Source: Gemmatimonadales bacterium
GTDB lineage: Bacteria > Gemmatimonadota > Gemmatimonadetes > Gemmatimonadales > GWC2-71-9
Direction of reading: 5' to 3'
DNA: 64,000 nucleotides
NCBI GenBank assembly: GCA_035604455.1
Contig: DATNIM010000021.1
Span: forward strand, 1,730-65,729
Positions 54,918 to 63,631 of the stretch are shown piece after piece (position 1 is the first letter of the stretch; the number at the start of each line of letters is the position of its first letter). The notes beneath the pieces are model-generated. The model was not told the origin of the DNA. It saw only the letters and a program-made list of their open reading frames with translations, and did not search any database. Position numbers and translations under genes: made by a program.

Positions 54918-55856
54918 GTGACGCTCACCTTGTTCGCGGGCAGTGCGCACCCGGGGCTCGGCGCCGCGGTGGCGGCCGGTCTTGGCCAAGAGCTCGGCGC
55001 ATCGGAAATCCACGCGTTCCCCGACAGCGAACTGTCGGTGGGGCTCCGACAGAGCGTGCGCGGGCACGATGTCTACATCCTCCAGCCGACCGCGCCGCCC
55101 ACAGTTGAGCGTCACCTGGTCGAGCTTTTGCTCCTGGCGGACGCCGCCCGTCGGGCCGGCGCTGCTCGGCTCACGGCGGTAATTCCCTATTTGGGCTATG
55201 CCCGTCAGGACCGTCGGGCAACGGGCCGGGAAGCCGGCGCAGCTCGCGTGATCGCCGATCTCATTGACACCCGTGGCTTCGCTCGGCTGGTGGCGCTCCA
55301 CCTCCATTCGGTGGCGCTGGAGGGCTTCTTCGGGACGCCGGTGGAACATTTGAGCGCGGTGCCTCTTCTGGCAACGGCCCTTGCGCCGCAGCTTCCGGCG
55401 GACGGTGTCGTCGTGGCTCCCGATCTCGGCGCCGCCAAACTTGCCGAGCGCTACGCCCGCGTGCTACGCCTCCCGGTGGCGATTGTGCACAAGGAGCGGC
55501 AAGCCGGCGCCGAGGTCTCCGTGCGCGCCATTACCGGCGATGTGCGGAATCGCGTACCGATCATCGTCGACGACATGATCACGACGGGCGCCACCATAGT
55601 CGCGGCGCAAACCGCACTTGTGGCCGCGGGTTGCAAGCCCGGGCTGATCGTGGCGGCGACTCACCCGCTGCTGGTCGACGGTGCCGTGGGACGCCTGCGA
55701 ACGCTGAACCCGCGGCGCCTCATCGTCACCGACAGCGTGGCCGCGCGCGAGAACCCCTCTTCCTTCGAAGTCGTTAGCGTGGCCTCGCTCCTGGCCGAGG
55801 CCATTTCACGTCTGCATCACGAGCGCTCGCTGCAGGATCTCCTAGCGCACGAATAG
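54918..55856 (+). CDS. prs: Ribose-phosphate pyrophosphokinase
   Basis: FPDSELSV, VYILQPT, IPYLGYARQDR, HLHS, VVAPDLGAAK, IIVDDMITTGATI. Confidence 0.93.
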   Translation: MTLTLFAGSAHPGLGAAVAAGLGQELGASEIHAFPDSELSVGLRQSVRGHDVYILQPTAPPTVERHLVELLLLADAARRAGAARLTAVIPYLGYARQDRRATGREAGAARVIADLIDTRGFARLVALHLHSVALEGFFGTPVEHLSAVPLLATALAPQLPADGVVVAPDLGAAKLAERYARVLRLPVAIVHKERQAGAEVSVRAITGDVRNRVPIIVDDMITTGATIVAAQTALVAAGCKPGLIVAATHPLLVDGAVGRLRTLNPRRLIVTDSVAARENPSSFEVVSVASLLAEAISRLHHERSLQDLLAHE

Positions 55857-55860
55857 CGGA

Positions 55861-56496
55861 TCAGATACCCAGTTCGGCGACCGCGCGCATGATGTCCGTG
55901 GCGGTGACGATTCCTATGAGCTCGCCCGCTTCAAGCACGACGGCCCGGTGCACGCGCTCTTTGAGCATATAGGCGGCGGCGTCCGCGACCGTCGTGTCGG
56001 GCGAGACGGCCCGCACTCCCTGACTCATGGCCTCGGCCACCGTGTGTTCGCCGAGCACGTCCCACTCCGGCCCGGCGAGGGACTCGAAGCGCTGCGCCAC
56101 ATCGGCCCCCGCGTCTGCCCACAGATCGTTGAAGTAAGTGCTCGGCGTCTCGGCGTCGGGCTCCCACATTTCGCCAGCCGGTGACTCGAGCTCGGTTTCC
56201 CCCTCGGCGCTCTCCATGCGCTCGGTTGGGACCCCTGGGGTATCCGCTTCGAATGCCAGGATGTCGTTCGCTGAGATTGCCCCGACCACGGCGCCCGCGG
56301 ACACGACCGGCGCGCCGGTGATGTGCTGGGCGGCCAGGATCTCGACGGCGTCGCGCAGCGTAAGCGCGGGATCGAGCACCTGAACGCTGGGGGACATGAT
56401 GTCCCGCACCGTAACCGCGCTCTTGCGGGAGCCAGCGGCCCGCGGGTGCGGCGCGCGGCGAGCTGGCTTGTTGTGCTTCGTCTGCAGCCTCCTCAT
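55861..56496 (-). CDS. CBS-domain pair protein with an acidic insert
   Basis: VRDIMSPSVQVLDPALTLRDAVEIL...GAPVVSAGAVVGAISANDIL and VAEAMSQGVRAVSPDTTV...RAVVLEAGELIGIVTATDIM. GGAGGG Shine-Dalgarno upstream of ATG 56496. Confidence 0.8.
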   Translation of the reverse strand: MRRLQTKHNKPARRAPHPRAAGSRKSAVTVRDIMSPSVQVLDPALTLRDAVEILAAQHITGAPVVSAGAVVGAISANDILAFEADTPGVPTERMESAEGETELESPAGEMWEPDAETPSTYFNDLWADAGADVAQRFESLAGPEWDVLGEHTVAEAMSQGVRAVSPDTTVADAAAYMLKERVHRAVVLEAGELIGIVTATDIMRAVAELGI

Positions 56497-56922
56497 AGGG
56501 CCCTCCGAGTTGCGGTGACCAGCCTCGGCGGACAGTCTCGCGCCGGAGGGGTGAGGCCATCGTGAACGGGCGATGAGCGATTTCTCCGCGCGGCCGGTTC
56601 GCGTAAAGATGATCTCAGGTGAGTTTGGCGCGCTGTTCATCGACGGGGGGCTGTGCTAGCGAAGGCGTAAGGGCTCCGGGCAAATCAGGAAGGTGGCCCC
56701 AGTGGCCGCCAACGGGGCTTGCACGTACGAGGTTCGTACGATGGCCTCACGAGGAGTGGACGACGTCCACCCGCCCGGCGCCCTACGCCACCGCTGTTCT
56801 TTCTCCATCTCGCTCGCAAAAACGCCTGCTTGATTGATTGTTCCGTCCATCTACCTGACGGCGCGGGGACGGCGTAGCTCTGCGGCCGCCCGCCGCCCTG
56901 CCGGGCTGTCTCGCGCCGATCG

Positions 56923-57708
56923 TCAGTCCGCGAAGCGCAGCAGAGCCGCTAGCCCATCCACGCGCTTGGCAAGCACCGGATCTCGGATCAGCTCGATGGC
57001 GGCGCCTTGCCGGAGCCCTTCCTCTTGTGCTTGGCCCACGAGATCCGGCTCCGGAACCGCATCCCCCTCGCCGCGGCAATCGGTCGCCGTCAGCACGAGG
57101 CGACCCGACATGGAGCAGCGGAAGCCCGCGCCGGTCACCCCGGGAACGACCAAGAGCGTACGGACCTGGCCTCGCCCGAGCGCCCGCAGCGTCTCGCGCG
57201 CGCCATTGGTCGCCGCGCCGCGGCCCACTCCCTCTTCCATCTTGGCGACGAGGTCGGATTCGACGGCGTGCCGGTGGGCCGCGCGGGCCGCTTCCGCCGC
57301 CCCCACCAGGGCCGCCATTGTCACCTCCGGAGGACTGAGGTGCGTGACGCCGATTACGCGGTCGGCCAAAGCCGCCGGCAACACCTTGGCGAGCGCGGCC
57401 GTCGCGGGCCCCGGCCCGGCGAGGAGGATCCCCTCAGCCGGTCGCTCGCGCTCCAGTTCCACGAGCTGCGCGACGACTCCCTCGAGGTGCCGGTGCTCCT
57501 CTTCGCGGACCCGGCCGTGATACTCGCGCTCTCCCCAGCCCGGTCCGCCTTGGCGGTCGCTATGGAAACGTTTGCCATGCATTGCCGGGGACCGAAAATC
57601 GGCCACTTCCCTGACCCCACTATTCGTTACTTCGAAGAACCGCGCGTGGGCGCGATCGAGTACCACCGCGAGCACGCGTTCAAAGTCCTGCGCCACACTG
57701 GTTGTCAT
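56923..57708 (-). CDS. eRF1/Pelota-like protein (bacterial aeRF1-type, host-attachment-protein-like); no GGQ motif seen
   Basis: Three-part layout: LAVVLDRAHARFFEV...; ILLAGPGPATAALAKVLPAALADRVIGV; ATNGARETLRALGRGQVRTLLV...GAAIELI...GLAALLRF. These resemble the eRF1/Pelota central and C-terminal domains. GGAG Shine-Dalgarno. Confidence 0.65.
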   Translation of the reverse strand: MTTSVAQDFERVLAVVLDRAHARFFEVTNSGVREVADFRSPAMHGKRFHSDRQGGPGWGEREYHGRVREEEHRHLEGVVAQLVELERERPAEGILLAGPGPATAALAKVLPAALADRVIGVTHLSPPEVTMAALVGAAEAARAAHRHAVESDLVAKMEEGVGRGAATNGARETLRALGRGQVRTLLVVPGVTGAGFRCSMSGRLVLTATDCRGEGDAVPEPDLVGQAQEEGLRQGAAIELIRDPVLAKRVDGLAALLRFAD

Positions 57709-57757
57709 GGTCAGAGCTCCTCGGCGCCTGGAGTCGGCGCCGGCTTCAACATCCTCG

Positions 57758-58312
57758 CTACCCGACCGTCACATGACCCCGAGCGATGTGCACCGAGGTG
57801 GCCTGGGGGCCCTTTTGGCCGGGCTCTTCGGTGAAGCGGACCTCGGCGCCGACGTCGACTCGAGGCAACGCACCGTCCAGGACGCTGTGAGCGTCGAAGT
57901 AGACTTCATGCCCATCCTCCGCTTCCTCGATGAACCCGTAGCTGCCGAGCGGATAGTACTGGCTGACCCGGCCGCGCCGCAGCGTCTCGTGTGCCTTCAC
58001 AGCGCCGTGTTGGCGCCGGGCGTAGTCCTCCAGCCGCCGGCGTGCGGCGCTGAACGCGTCTTGGAAGGCCGTGCGAAGGTCCGCGTGCGGTTGTCGACCG
58101 ATCGCGACTGCCCCGCCGGGCAGCATGAGCTCCAGCCGGACGCGGTAACGCTCGGCGTCGCTCCGACGCCGTCGCTGCGGCGTATCGATCGTCACGACCG
58201 CCCTCACGATCCGACTATAGAAGCGTGTAAGCCGGGCCATCCGCTTGCGAAGGTCCTGTTCCAGCTCAGGAGAGAGCTCGAAGTTCAAAGCAGCAATGCG
58301 CAACGGCACCAT
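57758..58312 (-). CDS. Ribosome hibernation factor (HPF/RaiA) fused to a cold-shock domain
   Basis: HPF-like: LRIAALNFELSPELEQDLRKRMARLTRFYSRIVRAVVTID...DLRTAFQDAFSAARRRLEDY. CSD: GRVSQYYPLGSYGFIEEAEDGHEVYFDAHSVL...GAEVRFTEEPGQKGPQATSV. AAGGAG Shine-Dalgarno before ATG 58312. Confidence 0.85.
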   Translation of the reverse strand: MVPLRIAALNFELSPELEQDLRKRMARLTRFYSRIVRAVVTIDTPQRRRRSDAERYRVRLELMLPGGAVAIGRQPHADLRTAFQDAFSAARRRLEDYARRQHGAVKAHETLRRGRVSQYYPLGSYGFIEEAEDGHEVYFDAHSVLDGALPRVDVGAEVRFTEEPGQKGPQATSVHIARGHVTVG

Positions 58313-58597
58313 AGGTCGCTCCTTCAGGTCCGTCTGCAAGCTGGCTGTTCCCGGATGAAGGAGTCCTGAGGGAGCAAGGAAGGTCTAGCCGTCGTCTTAG
58401 CGTTTCAGCGCGTCGGTCGGCCTGCTCTTTGGCCTGTGGCGAGCGGCCGGGCGGCGCGGCTCGACCCGATCGACGCCCTGCGTCATGAGTGTGGCGTCTT
58501 CGACCCAAACTCACGGGTGCTTAACGCAGGAGGTGTGATCGTTGCCCGAGGAGCGAGGGTGTAGGGCAAAGGTTGCATCAAATGAGGAGAATGAGCC

Positions 58598-58852
58598 ATG
58601 AAGTACACTGCACAGGAGTTCACGGCTGCGGCGAGAGTGGCCGCGGCTCGCGCCCGCTCGCGGGCGCGGCGGCTGTTTGAACGGGCGGATGCAGCACTCA
58701 TCTACGCCGGTGATGCGGCCCGGCGGCGTCAGCGGAGACGGGCCGCGAGTATTGCGCTGAGGTTCGCAGCGCGGGCCGTGCTGGTCGCCGGAACAGCGGC
58801 CATTGGGGTTGCGGCCGCGCGCGCTCTCCGGTCCCGGAAGCCGAGCGCCTGA
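58598..58852 (+). CDS. Hypothetical small Arg/Ala-rich protein with a C-terminal TM helix
   Basis: GAGGAG Shine-Dalgarno 8 nt upstream of the ATG. Followed by a strong terminator. Confidence 0.45.
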   Translation: MKYTAQEFTAAARVAAARARSRARRLFERADAALIYAGDAARRRQRRRAASIALRFAARAVLVAGTAAIGVAAARALRSRKPSA

Positions 58853-58881
58853 TTCGGTCCAAAGCTGTGCTCCAAATTTAC

Positions 58882-58918
58882 GCGGGGGTCCGGATCACCG
58901 GACCCCCGCTCTCTTTGT
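58882..58918. terminator. Strong, probably bidirectional, intrinsic terminator
   Basis: Perfect 12-bp stem GCGGGGGTCCGG-ATCA-CCGGACCCCCGC, followed by TCTCTTTGT and preceded by AAATTTA. Lies between convergent genes. Confidence 0.8.
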
Positions 58919-58955
58919 GCCTACTGCCTGGATCAACGCCCGAGAGGCCCGTTCC

Positions 58956-59570
58956 CTAGCGCGGGTGTTCGAGTACAAAGGAAATCCCCACCGCCACGAC
59001 CCGGGGAGCGCCCGGCGCCGCCTGCCCCGGGGGCAGGATGATCGGGACCCATCTCTCGGGGCCTACGCCCACATGCCCGAGCCACTCGGCCAGCCCCATT
59101 CCCAACGCTCCGAAGCCAAGGGCGCCGTACGCCGCCTTAACGGGGGCGGACATTGCGAAAACCCCCTTCGCACTCGCGGGGTCGTTGCCGCTCGCGAGCC
59201 CCATCGCGGTGCCGAACGTTGCACCAAGGACCGCACCGACCAGGCGGTCGCGACCCGGCGTGGCGTAACGGCCGTGACTAACTGCGATTGACTCGATCGC
59301 GGGCACCGGGACCGCGATGACCCGCCACCACGCGAACGCGCGAGCGCTACCGGCGCTCGGGAGCTCGCTGACGCCGAGGCGCAGCGTATCGTCGTTAAAC
59401 GCCTCGACGTAGCCCACCACTGCAACGTCGTGGATGCCAGCCAGGACAATCCGTAGACGCTCCCCATGCCGGGGGACCTGCGCGACGCCGCGGCCCGCCG
59501 CGAGCAGGCCCAGTAACACCCCGATGCCACAGAGAACATGACCGCTCATTCGTGTCATCGCGTCCTCCAC
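58956..59570 (-). CDS. Hypothetical membrane/lipoprotein-like protein
   Basis: N-terminal hydrophobic segment and Gly-rich C-terminal hydrophobic segments. No family recognised. Confidence 0.45.
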   Translation of the reverse strand: MEDAMTRMSGHVLCGIGVLLGLLAAGRGVAQVPRHGERLRIVLAGIHDVAVVGYVEAFNDDTLRLGVSELPSAGSARAFAWWRVIAVPVPAIESIAVSHGRYATPGRDRLVGAVLGATFGTAMGLASGNDPASAKGVFAMSAPVKAAYGALGFGALGMGLAEWLGHVGVGPERWVPIILPPGQAAPGAPRVVAVGISFVLEHPR

Positions 59571-59727
59571 CCGATGAGATGCAGCATGGCAGGTGGCGGC
59601 TCACGCAAACGTGAAGCTGAGAAGAAGATTTCGAACAACGACGTGGAGACGTGCGCCCGGTCCTCGCGGGTCTTCACGTTCTGCGGGTACAGACGGAGGG
59701 TTAGCTTGTGGCAGACGCGGGATCTGA

Positions 59728-60213
59728 GTGTATGCCATGGCCAGAGTCAGTGCAGGACTGATCGGGTATCGTCGTTCGAAGGGCGTTCTCGAGGTGCTCC
59801 TCGTTCACCCGGGCGGTCCGTTTTGGAAGGCGAAGGATCTCGGGGCTTGGTCGATCCCTAAGGGGGCGCTTGATGCGGGGGAAGAGGCACTCGAGGGCGC
59901 GAAGCGGGAGTTTCGTGAGGAGACTGGTTTCACAGTCGTCGGGCCGTGTATTCCGCTCGCCTCCCTACGACAGCCAGGCGGCAAGCTTGTGCACGCCTGG
60001 GCCGTCGCGGGTGATTGGGACCCGAGCGCGCTCCGCAGCAACATGGCCTCGATCGTATGGCCCCCCCGCTCCGATCGCACGCTCGAGTTCCCGGAGGTCG
60101 ACCGCGCGGCGTGGTTTCCGATCCATGAGGCGCGGCGACGCATCGCGCCGGGGCAGGTGGGATTCTTGGATGAACTCGTCGGTCTTCTCGAACAGCACCG
60201 CGGGGCGCTGTGA
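59728..60213 (+). CDS. NUDIX hydrolase
   Basis: Nudix box GALDAGEEALEGAKREFREETGF. Alternative ATG start at 59737. Confidence 0.85.
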   Translation: MYAMARVSAGLIGYRRSKGVLEVLLVHPGGPFWKAKDLGAWSIPKGALDAGEEALEGAKREFREETGFTVVGPCIPLASLRQPGGKLVHAWAVAGDWDPSALRSNMASIVWPPRSDRTLEFPEVDRAAWFPIHEARRRIAPGQVGFLDELVGLLEQHRGAL

Positions 60214-60267
60214 GCAGCTTCTGCTGACGGTGCGCGGGCGCGCCTGGCGGACGAAAAGCCTCGTCCC

Positions 60268-61083
60268 GTGACGACCTCCCAGGGCTCCCCCCGGGTCATT
60301 GAGACGAACGCCTTGACCAGGGTCTTCGGCGAGCTTTCGGCCGTAGACCACCTCGACCTGGGCGTGGAACAGGGGGTGATTTTCGGGCTACTCGGCCCGA
60401 ACGGGGCGGGGAAGAGCACGACGATCAAGATGCTCACGACGCTCCTCCCTGCCACGTCGGGCAGTGCGCGGGTCGCGGGCTACGACATTAGTCGCGAGGC
60501 GCCTCAAGTCCGGCGTCGCATCGGCTATGTACCCCAGCTCCTGTCGGCGGACGGCGGGCTGACCGGACGGGAGAACCTCACGCTGTCGGCTCGCCTGTAC
60601 CGGGTGCCGCGTCCCGAGCGGGGCCGCCGGATCGCCGACGCACTCGCGTTCATGGATCTTGCCGACGCGGCTGATCACCTCGTCCGCACCTACTCGGGGG
60701 GAATGATTCGCCGCCTTGAGATCGCCCAGGCGATGCTGCACGAGCCCGAGATACTCTTTCTGGACGAACCGACGGTCGGGTTGGACCCCGTCGCCCGCCG
60801 CGCGGTGTGGGAGCGCCTGCGCGAGCTCAAGCGCCGGTCGCGGACGACCATTCTTCTGACTACCCACGACATGGAAGAGGCTGACATCCTCTGCGATCGC
60901 CTCGCGATCCTGCACCAGGGGAAAGTTGCGGTCATCGGGGTACCGAGCGAGCTCAAGGCGGTCGTGGGGCCGGAGGCCACCTTGGAAGATGTGTTTGTGC
61001 AGACCGTCGGAGGCGCTGTCGAGGAGGGAGGGACCTACCATGACGTCCGTCGAGTCCGTAGTACCGTCCGCCGGCTGGGGTAG
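60268..61083 (+). CDS. ABC transporter ATP-binding protein (ABC-2/DrrA-like)
   Basis: GLLGPNGAGKSTT, YSGGMIRRLEIAQAM, ILFLDEPTVGLD, TTHDMEEA. Confidence 0.92.
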   Translation: MTTSQGSPRVIETNALTRVFGELSAVDHLDLGVEQGVIFGLLGPNGAGKSTTIKMLTTLLPATSGSARVAGYDISREAPQVRRRIGYVPQLLSADGGLTGRENLTLSARLYRVPRPERGRRIADALAFMDLADAADHLVRTYSGGMIRRLEIAQAMLHEPEILFLDEPTVGLDPVARRAVWERLRELKRRSRTTILLTTHDMEEADILCDRLAILHQGKVAVIGVPSELKAVVGPEATLEDVFVQTVGGAVEEGGTYHDVRRVRSTVRRLG

Positions 61084-61864
61084 TCGCGGTACCGTCGCGT
61101 CGTTCGTTGCGCAAACGATGGCGGTGGCGGAAATGGAGGTTCGCAAGCTCGCTCGCGATCCCGCCGAGCTCGTGAGCCGCGCGGTGCAGCCCGTCCTCTG
61201 GCTGATCGTGTTCGGCCAGGTCTTCACCCGAACGCATGCAATCCCCACGGGCGAGATGAGCTACCTCGAGTTCATGGCGCCCGGCGTGCTTGCGCAGGGG
61301 GTCCTGTTCACCTCGATCTTCTACGGCATCGCGGTGATCTGGGAGCGAGACCTCGGGATCATTCACAAGCTGCTGGCGAGCCCCGCGCCCCGCGCGAGCT
61401 TGGTGCTGGGCAAGGGCCTCGCAGCCGGCGCCCGCGGCGTGCCCCAGGCCGCCATCATCTTCGTCCTCGCCGCCCTCCTCGGGCTCAGACTGGATGTCAC
61501 ACCGGGCGCATTAATCGCCGTGTTTGGATTGGTCGTCCTCGGCTCGGCGGCGTTCGCTACGTTCTCGCTCGTGGTGGCGTGTATCGTAAAGACCAGGGAG
61601 CGGTTCATGGGGATCGGGCAGTTGCTCACCATGCCGCTGTTCTTCGCAAGCAACGCGATCTACCCCCTCGAGCTCATGCCCGGGTGGCTTCGGGTCGTCG
61701 CGCGCGTCAATCCGCTGACGTACTTGGTCGATGGGTTACGGGCCTCCATGATTCACGGCGCAGTAAGCCGCTTCGGGTTGGGCGTGGATGCACTGGTTGT
61801 CCTTGTCCTCCTCAGCCTCCTCGTCGCCGTAGCGGCTCGGCTGTATCCGGGACTCGCCCGCTAG
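61040..61864 (+). CDS. ABC-2 type transporter permease
   Basis: ATG 61040 preceded by GGAGGGAGGGA. Six TM segments. 44-nt overlap with the ATPase gene. Confidence 0.85.
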   Translation: MTSVESVVPSAGWGSRGTVASFVAQTMAVAEMEVRKLARDPAELVSRAVQPVLWLIVFGQVFTRTHAIPTGEMSYLEFMAPGVLAQGVLFTSIFYGIAVIWERDLGIIHKLLASPAPRASLVLGKGLAAGARGVPQAAIIFVLAALLGLRLDVTPGALIAVFGLVVLGSAAFATFSLVVACIVKTRERFMGIGQLLTMPLFFASNAIYPLELMPGWLRVVARVNPLTYLVDGLRASMIHGAVSRFGLGVDALVVLVLLSLLVAVAARLYPGLAR

Positions 61865-61878
61865 GGCGCGAGACGAGA

Positions 61879-63495
61879 TTGACGACCGAACGGGATCCCC
61901 AAGGGTCTACCCACGCCCTTCAGGAGCTGCCTCCCCTCGTTCGTTCGCTCCTGGCACCGGCCGCCTACCCCGCGGAAGAGCGTCCGATCCGCGTCGAGCT
62001 CCTTGAGACCCATGTCTCCTGGTTGTTCTTTGCCGAGTCCCTTGTCTACAAGGTCAAGAAGCCCGTGGATTTCGGCTTCCTCGATTTCACGACGCTCGAG
62101 CGACGCCACTTGTTTTGCGAGGAAGAGCTGCGGCTGAACCGACGCCTCTCTCCGGACGTGTACCTGGCCGTGGTCCCTATCGCCGAGCGCGAAGGACGCT
62201 ATGCGGTGCAAGGCCCGGGGAGCGTCGTCGAGTACGCCGTCAAGATGCGCCGCCTCCCGGGCGACCGTTGGCTGTCGGGGCTCCTGGAGCGCGGGGACGC
62301 GAGCCTACCCCTGATGCGGCGCCTCGCGCGGCGCCTCGCCGCTTTTCACGCAGACGCGCGCGTCTCGGGTGACGTCGGGGGGGCGGCCACGGTTCGATTC
62401 AACACGACGGAGAACTTCACGCAAGTCCGCGACCAGATCGGCCTCACAGTGAGCCGTCCGGCCTTCGATCGCGTGAGGGCGTACACGGAGGCATTCCTCG
62501 ATGTTCGCGCATCGCACTTCGCGCAACGCGAGCGCGACGGGCGCATCAGAGAATGCCATGGCGACCTTCACGCCGATCAGATTTGCGTGGCAAACGGGAT
62601 CGCCTTCATCGATTGCATCGAGTTCAACGAGCGATTTCGATGGAGCGACGTCGCGGCCGATATCGCGTTTCCCGCCATGGACGTCGATTACCACGGGCGA
62701 CCGGATCTCGCAACGGAGCTCGTGCGGGAATGGGTGACGGCGACCGGGGATCGCGACGTCTGGACCGTGCTTGACTTCTACAAGTGCTACCGCGCCTTCA
62801 CGCGGGGCAAGGTGCGCGGCTTCCGACTCCTGCAGCCGGGGCACCCAGCCCCGCAGCGCGAGGCGATCCGCGAGCAGGCCGCGCGCTACTTCGACTTGGC
62901 GGCCGGGTACGCGCGGCTTCGCGGTCCGATGCTCGTCGTGATCGGCGGACTCATGGGTGCAGGGAAGAGCACCTTAGCTGCGTCGCTCGGCTCGCGGCTC
63001 GGTGCGGTCGTCCTCGCGTCTGACGTCCTGCGAAAGGAATTGGCGGGCATCAGCCCGGACGAACGTCGCCCGGACCCGTGGGGCGAGGGTCTATACCGGG
63101 ACGAGGTGAGCGCTCGGACCTATGACGAGCTCCACCGACGGGCGACCGAGCGGTTGCGGGCCGGTGACCTGGTCATTCTTGACGCGTCGTATCGCCGGGC
63201 GACCTGGCGGACCGACGCGCGCGAGGCCGCGCGAGGTGCGGGAGCGCCCTTTCTGTTCCTCGAGGCCACGTGCCCGGACGACATTGTGCGCCACCGGCTC
63301 ACGGGTCGCCGCTCGGGGCCAAGCGATGGAAGACTAGAACTTGTGAGCCGGCAGCGTCAGGAATTCGAACCGCCCTTCGAGATACCGGCCGGCGAGCGGG
63401 TTCGAATCGACACGTCAAGGGCGGTTGACGACGTCGGCATGGACGCCTCGGCCGTGGTGTACCGGTCGGGACTCGCGCAGGCGACCCCAGCCTAG
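61879..63495 (+). CDS. Bifunctional aminoglycoside-phosphotransferase-like kinase plus P-loop (AAA_33-type) kinase
   Basis: APH-like: ETHVSWLFFAESLVYKVKKP...ECHGDLHADQICV...IDCIEFNERF. C-terminus: VIGGLMGAGKSTLA (Walker A), LDASY. TTG start at 61879. The upstream part of the track ORF overlaps the permease. Confidence 0.8.
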   Translation: MTTERDPQGSTHALQELPPLVRSLLAPAAYPAEERPIRVELLETHVSWLFFAESLVYKVKKPVDFGFLDFTTLERRHLFCEEELRLNRRLSPDVYLAVVPIAEREGRYAVQGPGSVVEYAVKMRRLPGDRWLSGLLERGDASLPLMRRLARRLAAFHADARVSGDVGGAATVRFNTTENFTQVRDQIGLTVSRPAFDRVRAYTEAFLDVRASHFAQRERDGRIRECHGDLHADQICVANGIAFIDCIEFNERFRWSDVAADIAFPAMDVDYHGRPDLATELVREWVTATGDRDVWTVLDFYKCYRAFTRGKVRGFRLLQPGHPAPQREAIREQAARYFDLAAGYARLRGPMLVVIGGLMGAGKSTLAASLGSRLGAVVLASDVLRKELAGISPDERRPDPWGEGLYRDEVSARTYDELHRRATERLRAGDLVILDASYRRATWRTDAREAARGAGAPFLFLEATCPDDIVRHRLTGRRSGPSDGRLELVSRQRQEFEPPFEIPAGERVRIDTSRAVDDVGMDASAVVYRSGLAQATPA

Positions 63496-63631
63496 CCTGC
63501 TCCCGCGGTTGCGCACCTTCTGGCGGCGGTCTAGCATTTTGCTGTGCATCGGACCTCCTACCAATCCGTGAATCCCCCAGGTGTCACGGCACGGCGGAGC
63601 CATCGGGGGCTGAGGAGCCGGAGGACATTGT

